Shown one piece after another: positions 37,771 through 50,189 of a stretch of 64,000 nucleotides of DNA (the stretch's first letter is position 1; each line of letters starts with the position of its first letter). Under the pieces are notes generated by a model, which was not told the DNA's origin, did no database searches, and saw only the letters and a program-made list of their open reading frames with translations. The translations under genes and the position numbers were made by a program. Origin of the DNA: Lama glama (taxonomy: Eukaryota). Location: contig CM052816.1 in assembly GCA_028534125.1 (NCBI GenBank), forward strand, positions 10,604,001 through 10,668,000, read 5' to 3'.

Positions 37771-38155
37771 TGCATTATTTACTTACTACTGCCTCACAAA
37801 CTACCCAATGACTTAGCAGCTTAAAAACAACAAGCTTTTATTATCTCAGTTTCTGTGGGTCGGGAAGCTGGCCATGTCTGAGCTGGGTGCGTCTGGCTCA
37901 AGGTCTCTCATGATGGTGCAGTTAAGCTGTCAGCCAGAGTTGCATCATTTCAAGGCTTCGCTTGGGACTGGAGGATCCTTTTCCAAGTTTATTCATACGT
38001 TGTTGGCAAGCCTCAGAAGATGTGCTTCCAAGCTAACTCACATAGGCCTCTCTGTGGGGCACTGTGTGGTGGCTGGCTTCCCTCAGTGGCAAGATCCAAT
38101 GGAGAGGAAGTGACCAAGATGGGAGCCACTGTCTCTTCTAACCAATCTCTGGAGC
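37771..38155 (-). mobile_element. MLT1 (F-like) MaLR LTR
   Basis: cacaaactaccc...cttagcagcttaaaaacaac...cagtttctgtgggtc...ggctcaaggtctctcatga. Confidence 0.85.
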
Positions 38156-38159
38156 CTCC

Positions 38160-38375
38160 CCGGGCCCAGCTGCCCAGGGCAGTGCCACTTCCCAGCTGCG
38201 TGACCTGCAACTTGTAACTCATTCTCGCCAGGCGTTCATTCTCTACTGTGTGAAAATGAGGAGAATGACGGACCCTCCCTCATGGTAGGTTATGAGGATT
38301 ATAAGAGTTAGTGTATGTAAAAGGGCTTAAAACGGCGTAAAGCACGTAGCTAAGTACTATGTTAGTGTTTCATTA
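38160..38375 (+). mobile_element. MIR SINE
   Basis: tgccacttcccagctgcgtgacct...tgaggattataagagttagtgtatgtaaa. Confidence 0.75.
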
Positions 38376-38557
38376 ACTGTGTGAACTAAACCTATTGCAA
38401 AACAGAGCCCTTTATTTTCTGTCTGCTTTGACTTTTTTGTTCTTTCTTTAATGCATTATTACCTTTATTCACCTTTCATCTCCTATGATACTTTCCTGCC
38501 CAAATTCCAAATAGATATATCAGAGTTTACTGTTTTTCACTTCTTTGGCTCTGTTCT

Positions 38558-38591
38558 TCAAGCAAGCAAGCAAGCAAGCAAAAAAAAAAAA
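38558..38591. repeat. (CAAG)5 microsatellite plus poly-A
   Basis: Directly visible. Confidence 0.85.
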
Positions 38592-39419
38592 TCAATCTGA
38601 AAAATATCAGTGTCACTCAAAAACTTACAGTCATCATTTTGCTCTTCTTCCTCTGGGTTACTTGTGCAGACTGAGCTGAGGATGAGCCTAGAACACACCT
38701 GTAGGGAACAAGGATCCCTTGCCCTGAAGTCTTTGCACAGCTGGTTTATTCAGATATCCTTACCTTACCAATCGTCCTCTTTAAAGCAGTGGCGATCCCT
38801 GACACAGCTATCCTCTCCAAGGACATGAGCACTTGTCTTCCTCATCTGGATTTTGGGTAGAACGTTGCCAAAGATGTTTTTAAATTATAAGTAGATTGTA
38901 CCACTTATCCCTATTGTCGGTGTGCCCGAGTCACCTTGAAGAATTTTAACATCAACCACTGTTCCCACGCCCGTACAGTCAAGACGCATTTCTCTCCACG
39001 TTGGGGATGACTTTTAAGTGGGGAATTGCCAGCAACAGCATCCTTCTCACAACCCTGTTTCTGTAGCTCTAACTGGAGATTTAAAATAATGCTCGTAACC
39101 CTGTGTGACTCTAATCATCTCTGTCCTTACCTGTCTCCGAGGCTACAGACTGGAGCCAGGCTGCTGAGATAGGATCAAGGTGAAGGTTGCTCAGTGTGCC
39201 AAGGGTAGCTCAAAAAAAAAAACTGCCCAGAAATACTGAGATCAGCTTATATACTCCATAGTGTAAAACATGAGAGGTTGGTTTGTTTCTTCATATGTTG
39301 GTTTGTTTGCATGGTTTTTCTGCCTCTATGGAAAGAAAGTGGGGGTTTGAATTTGTGCAGGGTTGAGCCTCTTCTGCTTTTTTCCCTACAACATTATCTA
39401 TTGCACTTTAAAGTAGTGG

Positions 39420-41460
39420 AATAATAGACTCTTCAACAAATTGCTGTTTGGGCAACTGGGTAGCCGTATATGAAAGAAATAAAATCAGATTCTGCTCCCT
39501 TTTACACCAAGATCAACTCCACGTAGATCAAAGACTTAACCTCAAAAAAGGAAACTATAGGACGTCCTAAAAACCGTCATAGAACAGGTAATATATTTAC
39601 AAGTGTGATAGAAAACGCATATATCTTAAAGGAAAAAGCTGATCCATTTTATTCCATTAAAAATTTACAGTCAACCATTGCAATAAGCACAACAAAAACA
39701 TACCAGAAATGGTGAACTGTGTGAAAAGGCTTAATTTGCATTATAGGAAAGGACCTTACTTCTCATATAAGTTGATATTAAGAAGAGTTCAACAGAAAAA
39801 TGGGCAAAATAGTAACAAAGTTCAGAAAAAATCAGATTTGTTCTTACACATGAAAAGGTGCTCACTCTCATAAGGTAATTATAATTTCACTAAGAGTTCC
39901 CTCTTGAGTTTAGACTTCACTCAGTGACTCCTATCCAAAGAATGGAGTATGGAAAATGGAAAAAGAGCAATATTACAGTGGAGAAACCCAGCAGATGCTA
40001 CCTTAAACCAGATGAATAAGGTTATTCTCTCTAGTCTAATCATGAAAAAAATATCAGACAAACCCAAAGTAAGGGATATTCTACAAAATACCAACTCCTC
40101 AAAATTGTCTGTCATAAAGAATAAGGGAAAATTGAGAAAACGTCAGAAACTAGAATAGAAAGACAAGATGACTAAATGCCGTATGTTCTCCTGGATAGAA
40201 TTCTGGAACAGAAAAGGGATATTAATAGAAAAACTGGTGAAATCCAAGTAGAACCTGGAGTTTCATTAAGAGCAATACACCAATGTTGGTTTCTTAGTTT
40301 TGATGAATGTATCATGTTAATATAAGATGTTACTGTGAGGGGAAGCTGGGTGAGGGGTATCCAGGAACTTTCTGTGCTATCTTTGCAACTTTTCTCTAAA
40401 GTTATTCCAAAATAATAAAATTTATTAAAGATACATTTCTTTATCTATCAATTTGGCAAAGATAAAAAGGTTGGTATCATACTGGAAATTGGGTAGGAAA
40501 ACAGTATTTCATACATTTGTGGAAGAATCATAAATTGAAACAGCATTTATGGAGGTCAGTTTGACAGTATCTGTCAAAACAGCTGAACTTCTCCTTTGAC
40601 TTGGCAGTTTTATTTCTAGGGATTTATTTGATAGGTATACTGGTATTGTGTGAAATGTACAAGATCATTCACCATGGCATTGTTTACTTTAGCAAAAGTC
40701 AGAAATAACTTTGGGTACTTATAACTAAGGGATTTCTTAAGGAATTGTAGTAATCCTTTCAACGGAAAATTTACAATTGAGAATAAAAGGAAATTTCCAA
40801 CATACATTGTTAAGTTAAAGAAAAATTCAAGATGTCCTAGTGTGGATATGTTACCATGTTCTTAAAAAGAGAAGGACATGGGTAATGTTTTATCGTATGT
40901 ACATTAAAATACATCAGGAAGGGTAGACAAGCAACTAGAAGATATCATTTGCCTCCAGGCAAGAGCACTGCAGTAAGCAGGAGTGAAAGAGATTTTTCTC
41001 TGCACACTTTTAATATATTTTGAATTTTGAACAATGTGGATATATGACCTACCAGATATCCCCAATCTAAAATGCTGTGGATTGTAAGATGCAGCATTCT
41101 TCCATGTACAGCTAAGAACAAAAAACTGCTCTTTACCTGTAAAAATACCACTGATGATGAGCTAAATCCTGATTTTAAGACATGCATCTTTAGAAGCAAT
41201 AAATACACAATTTTTAAATGTGCACTTTAGACACAATAAAATGTGCCTTCAAAATAAGACATTAAAAAGTGTTTTCAAGAAGTAGCCATCTGTTATTATA
41301 TGTGTAGAAAAAGTCTGAGGGAATGTGTCCTAAACAGCTACAGCAAGTATTTCTAGGTAGTCGAATGGGGGTGATTTTTATTTTCTTCTGTGTATTTTCT
41401 GTCTTTTCTAAATCCTCTATAAGGATAAAGCATTGCTTTTATGGTCAGAAAAGAATGTTA
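39420..41460 (+). mobile_element. Mosaic of ancient L1ME with nested L1MC 3'UTR (~39900-40430)
   Basis: tcttcaacaaattgctg; acagtggagaaaccc; ggatagaattctggaacagaaaa; ctatctttgcaacttttct; L1ME 3' ggtgatttttattttctt. Confidence 0.75.
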
Positions 41461-41699
41461 GTAAATGCAGTGTGACCTAAGTTTTAAGGAGGCACCTTAA
41501 AGTCACCTCTAGTCACCTTGTTGATGGTGAGGATGTTTTTAAGAAGTGACCTTAACAGTGATCAGCCGCAAGTTCCCCGTCCACCCCCTACTTAACAGTC
41601 TTCATTGTAGGTTCTTCCTGCTGTGACTAAAGTGTTCATTCCCTCGGGTTCTATCCTTCCAGTCTGCTCTTCTTAGTCTGTATATTTTGACATAGAAGT

Positions 41700-41910
41700 A
41701 GCCCAGTATCATAGTTTAGAGTGTAGTCTCTGGTGCCAGATGGACCCATTTCAGATTTGGCCTCTGCGTCCTACTTTGCAGCCTCTCCAGGCCTCAGTTT
41801 CCTCATCCACAAAATGGGATAATACATGAGAGCGTGGTTGTAATAATTCAGTGGGTGTATTTAAGGAGGGTGGACAGTGCTGGCAGAGTAAGTAGCCTAT
41901 AAACTACTTA
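41700..41910 (+). mobile_element. MIR SINE
   Basis: tctggtgccaga...gcctcagtttcctcatccacaaaatgggataata. Confidence 0.85.
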
Positions 41911-42869
41911 TTCTGACTCATCCCTGGATGATCTCATGCACACACATGGCTTTGGTTATTATCTGTTTGCCAGTGCCTCCCACATTTATTTTCCAGCCCA
42001 GATGTGTGTCCTGAGCTCCAGGCGTCTATAGTTGACTACTCCCTGGATGTCACCCTTTGGACGTCCCACAGATTTAACCTGTCTAAAACTCTTCACCCCT
42101 CAAGCCAATGACCTGTTTATTCTTCCTTCCCTGTCTCCTACTTCCAGCCATCTCCTGGGTTGCTTTTGTCAGAAACCTCACTGTCATTCTTGACTTCATT
42201 TTTATCAACACTTACCCCTCCCACTATGCCCCCCATCACATAATCAATCACCTTGTCCAGCAGATACAGCCTCCAAAATGACTCTTGATTCCCATCTGTT
42301 CTTCTCCATCCCCATTGCCATTACCACCGTGCAGACGACCTTCTCTCTCCTAGCTTGTGGCAGCAGCCTCTAGTCTTCCCATTCTACCTCTTTCCCTTCC
42401 TGCAGGCAGAATGAGCTTTCTAATGAGGAACCTAATCAGGGTGTCCTCATCTATACAAGCTGTCAGTGAGTTCCCACTCAAGTTGGAACAAGCCCTTTTC
42501 CTATGGTCTGTGTGCTGGCTCTGAATTCCTTCTTTCTCCAACCTTACTTCATGTCACTTTCTTACTATGAACACTTGATTCCAGCCATAATAAAATACTG
42601 TAAGTTTCTAAAGGGTTCTGTTGTCTGGTTTCACTCAAGACCTTTGCGTAAGTTGCTTCCTCCATGTGGAACCCACTCTCCATCCTTCGCGTAGCTAATA
42701 CTTACTTTCTTTCAGGTCTCAGGTTAGACGACTTTGCCTCAGAAAGCATCCCCCAAACCCAGCTCTTGGCTGAATCTGCCTCCCAAGTGCTCCCACAGCA
42801 TCTTGAACTTCTTCTCACAAAGGATTTCACACTCTTTACTAGTTTTTCCCCAACTCAACTGTAAGCTTC

Positions 42870-43300
42870 TTTTTAAAAATTTATTAATTATTTTTCAATT
42901 CAGTAGTTGATTTACAAAGTGGTGTTAGTTTCAGGTACAGCAAGGTTTTTCAGTTATATATATATGTATTCATTTTTCACATTCTTTTCCATTATAGATT
43001 ATTACATTATAGCTATTATATAGTTTAGTATTATATGGTTTAGTATAGTATTATAACTATTATCTAATTCCCTGTGCTACACAGTAGGTCCTTGTTTATC
43101 TCTTTTATATATAGTTGTGTGTATCTTCTAATCCCAAACTCCTAACTTATCCCTCCCCACACACTTTCCCCTTTGGTAACCGTAAGTTTGTTTTCTATGT
43201 CTGCAAGTCTATTTCTGTTTTGTAAATAAGTTAATTTGTATCGTTTAAGATTCCACATGTAAGTGATATCATATGATACTTGTCTTTCTCGGTCCAACTC
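42870..43300 (-). mobile_element. Artiodactyl-type L1 3' end
   Basis: tagttgatttacaa...gtgttagtttcaggt, ccctttggtaaccgtaagtttgttttctatg, gattccacatgtaagtgatatc; partial TSD actcaactg...cttc (42853, 43301). Confidence 0.9.
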
Positions 43301-43341
43301 ACTCAACTGCCCTCTTCCTAAGTGATAAGGCTATGCCCAGG

Positions 43342-43710
43342 CTATTGCATGCTGGAGCTGACAAGTAGTAGCTTGCAAGCGTCCACTGTCAAAGGTTCAG
43401 GATTGGTGAGAGCTGGTTGGTGAATACTGCTATTATTAAAGTCCAATTATATGAGCTTACACTTAAGTATATTATACTTCCAATGAAAATCGTAAGTAAA
43501 ACTTCATCCCTCTCTAATTACTGCATTTTACTATAATCCACGCTCTTGGGACTGTATACCTTTATTCTGTGCATTTCTTCCTAACTCCATGCTCAGTGAC
43601 AAAATATTGGCAGCTTGACGTTGGTCACGATGGGCATATTTACACATGGGAGTGCCAAGTGCTACAAACCAGGGCTTGGTTTAATAGTTTTGTTGGTTGC
43701 CTAGACTCAC
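43342..43710. mobile_element. MER63-family hAT element
   Basis: tgctggagctg...ttgcaagcg, ggcagcttga, atatttacac, tgctacaaaccagggctt, ttgcctagact. Confidence 0.7.
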
Positions 43711-44549
43711 CACTGTCTACCTCCCTTTGATGTTCCCAGCACCCGGCACAGAGGTGGTGCTTAACAGACATTTATTGAAAATGTATAAATACATAAAAAG
43801 ATGAATGAACGAACATGAGGAGGCCTAGAATTCCCCTGAACTTTATGACAGCCTGTTGCTTTGGAGGAAAGGTTCAAGCTGCCTGAATTGACGCCCATGG
43901 ACTGACTGACCCCTGGCCTTGGGGTGCTGCCTGAGCCTCTTCACCCAGGTCTGGTGAACCAGGACAGACAATTCAATAAGCACAGTGTCAGGTTTCCCAA
44001 AATGCCTGTAGGTGGCCCCTAAATACCTTTTCATTTGCACGTAATTGGCAGGACTGTCCTAGATTCGGGGCCTTGGTTGCATTCCTTAGTGGTGAATGCC
44101 ACTTACATAAGCTGAGTGGGCTGTCTTTGAGAAATATCCAGGGCTTGTAGGGGAAATTTTCCTTCTCTCTATCCCTAGTTTGCTTGCCGCAGTGAATATA
44201 TTTTTGGATTTTGGCTGAATCGGTCTCTCTTTTTGGCCTGTGTACCCCTAGGGAATTGCTGCTCCTACAGATGGAAATTAATTGAAGAGTAACCAAAGGC
44301 TAGGTCTGCAAACAGGAAGGGGAAGGGAGTCACAGGGTGCCCTGGCGTGTATCCCTGTCCTGAGCACACCCACCCTCCTCCTCCCCACCCCTTTTCTTCC
44401 CCACCCCCACCCTCATCTGTTAGGACTTCAGCAGTTTCTGAGCTGAGACATTCCAGGAAGTGCTGTACTGACAGAGGTGCCCTGAGGTTTTCAGCAGCAG
44501 AGCAGATGCATCAGGGTGGCTCCCAGAGAGGCTGTGTGCTGAGGAGTGT

Positions 44550-45340
44550 ATCCTAGAGGCAGAGTACTGAGTTCAAGTCAGGGCTTTGGCTTAGAACCTG
44601 GATAACAATGCAGAAGTTTCTGAACCTCTCTGTGCCTCAGTTTCCTCACTTGCAAAAATGGGACTAATATCTGTATAACCTATTTTACGGGGTTGTTGTA
44701 AGAGTTAGATCTTTCAAACCCTGCCTGCGAAGTAATAAAATCTTGATAAATCTTAGCTAGTTACTACCTTTGAAGTGAAGATGCAGGAGACATCTATGGA
44801 CCAATAAAAACCAGGATATAGGGAAGTCCAGCTTAAGATATAGCTTGGGAGCTTGTTCCCAATGCTTAACCAAAACTCAAGTCTCGGTTTTCAGGACAGA
44901 ATTAAGAAAGCCACGTTTATCCATGTAGCTAACAGAAGGCAGTGTGTTGTAGTGAAAAGAGCAGGACCTTTAGAATTAGACAAAATCAGGGTTTTAAATA
45001 TGAGCTGAGTAACTCTGGGAAAACTGCTTCATTTCTCTTAGACTCTGTTTTTGAATCTGTAAAATGGGTAAAACTATAATACAGATTACAGAAGAGAGAG
45101 GATTAAATGAGATATGGCATTATAGCTGAGCAAACAGGTGCTGTGATTATTGAACTAGGAAAATCATCTCTAGGACCTAGAAATTTCTGATTGCATGTGA
45201 GTGATGACGATACCCCATTCCCCAGCAAGGCGACTGTTGAGGATGAAATGAGGTGATTTATGTACAGAGATTAGCTCTATGCCTGGCAAATAGAAACAAA
45301 TCCATAAACAGAAATGCTGTGACTATTAGGTTTATTATTG
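44550..45340 (+). mobile_element. Cluster of MIR SINEs (44550-44765, 44935-45160, 45200-45340)
   Basis: aacctctctgtgcctcagtttcctcac; tctgtaaaatggg; gaggatgaaatgag...tgcctggca. Confidence 0.8.
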
Positions 45341-45885
45341 CTTTTTTTTAATTCTAAAGGCAACAGAATTTTGAGCACGTACTCTGTGCAGGCCCTGTGT
45401 TTGGTGTAAGGTGTACGTCAAGGAATACAGCCCACACAGCCTTGCCCCCAAGGGACTTCCTTCATTCCAAAGATATGGGTGAGAGAAAGGGGTAGGAAAC
45501 AGAAAGAAATAATTTTAGAAAATGGTAGGATTCATGTAAAAAACACAGGGGTAGGCTGGGTAAGAGTGACTAGGGCAGGGGTGGAGGTGGGGGCACATTC
45601 ACTTTCATGCCTATTGTCAGAGGAGGCTGCTCTTTGGCTCAGGTGGCATGGCAGACACCAGCCTCAGTAAAGGAACACAGTTCTCCTGTCTTTGTGTCAG
45701 TTTGAAAACTGCATGGAGATGGAGGGGAGTCTCAATAAGCAGGAATCCCCAGATTCCTCCGTGGCCAGGGCTTTAAATCAAGAAGCTGAAGGCAGAGTGG
45801 ACCAAGCAGACAGAGTAGCCTCTTTTGTGAGCAGGTGACCTGATGTAACCCCTACGGTTTCCTTGCCTGCAGGTGGCCTGTCCAT

Positions 45886-45899
45886 CCACCAGGTGGCAG
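45886..45899 (+). promoter_or_regulatory. CTCF core motif
   Basis: CCACCAGGTGGCAG fits the CTCF core consensus; lies in non-repeat DNA. Confidence 0.5.
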
Positions 45900-46110
45900 T
45901 GTTCAATAATGAACGATGACATCATTAATTAAAGAGGGCCTGTGGCCAGCATTCCTATTGCAGGCCACATAATGAACATTTGCTACGAGCACTAGTTACA
46001 GTTACCCTTTCTGATGGCTGTGCGGGACTCCTGGCCTTGGTACTGTGACGGTTTTCTTCTGGATTTTCTTTCCTTTTGTTTTGTGGGGTTTTGTGTGTGT
46101 GTGTTTGCCC

Positions 46111-46198
46111 TTTTTTTTAAATGGAGGTAGTCAGGACTGAACTCAGGACCTCGCTCATACTAAGCACGCGCTCTACCACTGAGCTATACTCTGCTCCC
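46111..46198 (-). mobile_element. tRNA-Ala-derived SINE (short vic-1-like form)
   Basis: Reverse complement gtatagctcagtggtagagcgcgtgcttagtatgagcgaggtcctgagttcagtcctgactacctccatttaaaaaaaa. Confidence 0.85.
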
Positions 46199-46249
46199 TT
46201 CTTCCCTCTTACATCTGAAATAAATAGACAGTGTTTTAAAGTGATATAA

Positions 46250-46470
46250 CTGAGCACACACATGCCCAGGCATTGCACAAACAGTTTTACAAAAATTATG
46301 ATGTTGCATTGTTGCACCAGCTTTGCAGTGAGTCAAATGAATTCCCACTTTAGCAATGAAGACTCCGGAAATCAGAGACTGGTGGCTAGCCTAGGGATGC
46401 ACAGCTGGTCCACGACAGCGGTGGGTTCAAACCTAGGTTTGTCTGATGCTATAGTTCAGCGCTGACCCAT
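46250..46470 (-). mobile_element. MIR SINE
   Basis: actgagcac...tgcccaggcattg...cccactttagcaatgaaga...ggttcaaacctagg. Confidence 0.65.
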
Positions 46471-46636
46471 CACTCTGCCTTGCTTTGTATTTTCTTCTTG
46501 ATACGAATAATTCTTCGTATCATTATTATTTGAATAATAATGTATCATTGAAACAGAGCAGATTGTCTCCAGGTTAAGGTATCATATTGTCATACATATA
46601 ATACTGGCGTTAATACTATCAAAGGGAACATTTGTG

Positions 46637-46970
46637 GGGTTTTTGTTTTATCTTTTTTAAAAACTTATATATATGTATATTTTATTGAAGTACAGTCAGT
46701 TTACAATGTTGTGTCAATTTCTGGTGCACAGCACAATGCTTCAGTCATACATGTACATACATATATTCTTTTTCATACTCATTTTCACCATAAGTTACTA
46801 CAAGATATTGTATATAGTTCCCTGTGCTATACAATAGGACCTTGTTGTTTTTCTATTTTATAGATAATAGTTAATATCTGCAAATCTCAAATTCCCAATT
46901 TATCCCTTCCCACCCCCTTTCCCCCCTGGTGACCATAATTTGTGTTTTATGACTGTGAGTCTGATTCTGT
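46637..46970 (-). mobile_element. Young camelid-type L1 3' end
   Basis: ttattgaagtacagtcagtttacaatgttgtgtcaatttctggtg; TSD tcaaagggaacatttgtg (46619-46636) vs tcaaagtgaggatttgtg (46971-46988). Confidence 0.9.
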
Positions 46971-47534
46971 TCAAAGTGAGGATTTGTGTAGCACTCAGCT
47001 AGCTCCAGGAATGCCTGGAAACTGAAAGGCAGGGAGTAGGATCAGAAACATTTCTCAGGATTTAGGGAAGTGGCAGGCATATAGCCCAAGGACACAGGTT
47101 ATTTTTTATTTTTTATTAAATAAAAAATGGTCATCATAAGATATCCTAAAGGAGTGAAAGGCAGACCGTCATTATTTTTCTTCTATGGGTAAAGAATGTA
47201 AGTCAGAGAGGTAAGGTTGCTGCCCGAGATCCCCCCAAGTGCACTAGAACCACTCTGGAGCTTCCAGGGACTTTCTCATCATCCTGGAAACTGATCAAAG
47301 AAAACCTCAAAGCTCTAAAAAAGTAATTGATCACTGGATTTCAGAAAATACATTACTTTCTCTGGTGTACTAGCAGATGGAAGCAAATTAATATTGATTT
47401 GTTTAAGGTGTCTATAGCTTGAAAAGGACTATTATCATTTTGTCTCTGGGTGACTGAGTGAGATTAAGGAGATATAAATACACAGTTCATCTGATATTTT
47501 GGTCTGTGGCCCCACCAGTTCCATATGTTGAGAT

Positions 47535-47710
47535 GATGATGTGTTGGAACTGGAAGGGGAGTGACAGGCAATCTGGTGTAATGCTTTGATTTCACAGATG
47601 GAGAAACTGAGGCCCAGAGAGGGCTGACTTGCTCATGATCATCCAAATAGTTGGCAGCAGGATCAGGCCTAGTTCCCAAAAGAGGCCCGTCTACTCCCTG
47701 CCTTCAAAGT
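47535..47710 (-). mobile_element. MIR3/MIRc SINE
   Basis: ggaactggaaggg...tttcacagatggagaaactgaggcccagagaggg. Confidence 0.8.
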
Positions 47711-47739
47711 ACAATTCAGACTGGAGGCCTGTCCTGAGT

Positions 47740-47990
47740 GGGCCTTTGTGGGCTGTAGCTGCAAGATCTAAAGAGGCCCTGAGAGCAAATAAATCTGGGA
47801 AGCATCAAATCAAACAAAATTAAATTTTAACAGGACTTGTCAGAACCTTTAATGTACTAAAAATATTTACCGGAAATCTCCAAGAGGGAATAAAAATACT
47901 CACAGTTTGCCCACATTATTTAATCTCAAACTTTTTTAAACTACCACATCTATTCACAGTTCACACAACAGTGTTCAACACAACTGGGAC
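47740..47990. mobile_element. Non-autonomous hAT-Charlie element (MER103-like)
   Basis: caaataaatctgggaa...caggacttgtcagaacctttaatgtactaa...aatctccaagaggg. Confidence 0.6.
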
Positions 47991-48319
47991 TTAATTTATA
48001 TCTCAGTTTCCCAAGTGTTTGGTCATGGGACTCCGTGTTTAAGAGTAGCTCCTAGAATACATGTTTTGGGAGCGCCCTCAGGAACTGCTTCACTGAGTCA
48101 TGGACAAGACAAAACCGTCTTTGAGTCCCAGTGCCCAGCTAGTGCAGAGGCTGCATGTGGAGGGGATCAGGGCTCATCAAAGGAAAGGCAGCCTCATGAA
48201 AGGAAATTGTATGTCGTAATGAATTCTCTATCTTTGTGAAACGTTCTGAATGAGTTTTCTTTTTTAAAGGACAACCCTTTATACAGTATTCCAAAAGTCA
48301 GCAAAGATGGTAATATTCC

Positions 48320-48480
48320 AGTACAGTGAGTTATGAGCTAGGGTTATTAGAGCCAGAATTTGGGGAATCTGATACATGGGTTTGCGCTCAGCCTGTGTAA
48401 TGTGTTAGCCGTGTGACTTTGGGCAAATTTCCCTCATTGATCTTCAGATTTCTTACAATGGGGATAATTACATTACATGA
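48320..48480 (+). mobile_element. MIR SINE
   Basis: tagccgtgtgactttgggcaa...aatggggataat. Confidence 0.7.
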
Positions 48481-49249
48481 AAATTGGGATAATAACATTC
48501 CCCTTGGGGAAAGATGGAGAAAAAAAATTGGAGGGTGCCAAATTTGTGCAGAACAATTGCTGTTGAATGACTTAAGGAGAAAAATGGGACCCCAAGAAAT
48601 GGCTCAATTAACAAAATTTGCTCAGTTGACTGCTCTGCATAAAGGATAAGAAAATCCAAGTGTGGGTGGAGAACTACATGGCAAAGGAGGCAGGAGCCAG
48701 GGAGAGGTGAGGCAGCGAGCAGGCAGGAGCAGGGGAGAGAGGGAGGACCTTGCTCAGAGGAGGGACTGTGGGAAAACTGAGAGGCATTTGCACATGACAT
48801 TCTCTGTGAGAGCCGCCCGAAGTTTAACCCCACAAAACCTCAGTGGAGACAGCAACTCTCATGCAGAAATTGCTTGCTTGCGTTGGTTTTTCTTTGAAGG
48901 TGACTATCACACAGGGATGTTACAAAGACTCAAAGGAAGAACTCTTCAGCAGGGACCTATGCACAGATCATGGGTGGGGTTTAGCTCACTTGATAGAACG
49001 TGTTCTGGAATAACTGCCCCATTCCGATTTGTACATACTGAGTGTCTTCTTAAGTTGCATCATCTTCTTGAAGATGAGTCAGCACAGTGAAGGCGACCAG
49101 CCGTGGCCTGCTCGTCAGAGGACTGCGTTCTCCACTCAGCTCTGCCAAGAGAGTGTGAGTCCCTCAGGCCAGTGGCTTAGTCCCCTGGGCCTTGGTTCAC
49201 GCACATGTCAAACCAGAACGAGCAGGCGTGGTGACTTCTGAGACATTGT

Positions 49250-49385
49250 GGCTTCACAAAAAATGAGTCTGGCGTCATAGAGACCCGAGTTCCAATCCCA
49301 GCTCTGCCACTATTTAGTTGTGTGGCTTCTGGCAAGTGTCTTACTATCTGTGAAACGGGTGTGATCAGAATCAATTAAGGTTATC
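49250..49385 (+). mobile_element. MIR fragment
   Basis: gagttccaatcccagctctgccactatttagttgtgtgg. Confidence 0.75.
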
Positions 49386-50189
49386 CATATGATTTTGAAA
49401 TGGTATATCCGATTTGGCCTCCAATTGGTATTTTTTTCTAAGATTTTTACACTTAAGTTTTTTTAATTCTTAAAATTCCTTATCTGATTTTAATACACAC
49501 ATACATACTCTCTCTCTGCTGGATCCTTCTTTCCTTTCCTAAAAAACAAAGGGAAGTATTGCAATCAAAGTGAAGAGTTTGGAGAAGGGTTGGTATATGC
49601 GGAACCCTGGATGGACCCAAATAAAAAAACAAGCATAACTTTCTTCACACCTCTGGTGTTTCTAGGGTTCAGAACACATAGGTGTAAAGAAAAGCCCTGA
49701 CCATGACCAGATACATAAGACTAGGTTAAAAAAGAGCTGAAATGGGAGTTGGGGTTGAGGGGAATGGTGAGGTAATTGAATCTTTCCTTCCTCATTGAAG
49801 CTCATAGCTGGCATTTTAAGCACATGAATCTCATACTAGCTGAATAAGCTTTGTCAGACAATTTTTCTTGAAAACACCTTAAATGGTGACTCTGTAATTC
49901 ACTCAGTTCTCTAGGGACACGCACAGGTGATTACCAGAAATTGCCAAAGCTAAAGTGGGTCACAGACCAGATCATTTTTCTAACTGGGCCACCACAGGAA
50001 ATCGCTTTGGGTTCGTGATTCATTTCTTTTGCAAAGAGCTCCTCCCTGGGGGACCGATGTCTTCCTGGCTGTGGATTGCTAAGGTTTTAACATCTAGCGC
50101 TGATACCAGGCAGAGGCTAGGATGGACGCTGTCTGTAGGTGACTCGAGCAAACTAATTTTCTGTCTGTTTGATGAGTTTTCAGTGGGTT

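Larger units (their letters stand above)
41915..43815 (+). mobile_element. L2 element (RT end to 3' terminus), interrupted by L1 and MER63
   Basis: ccctggatgatctcatgcacacacatggcttt, cctgagctccag, actgtaagctt, ends ggcacagaggtggtgcttaacagacatttattgaa...atgaatgaa. Confidence 0.8.

Noticed and set aside
38886..39030. Minus-strand QGDSG motif resembling a serine-protease active site
   Set aside because: Short frame bounded by stops; surrounding residues do not fit the trypsin family
39126..39170. Minus-strand CAG|GTAAGG donor with a nearby acceptor
   Set aside because: An isolated consensus is expected several times by chance; no other support
48662..49090. 142-aa ORF
   Set aside because: Non-ATG start, low-complexity purine-rich N-terminus, no recognisable domain
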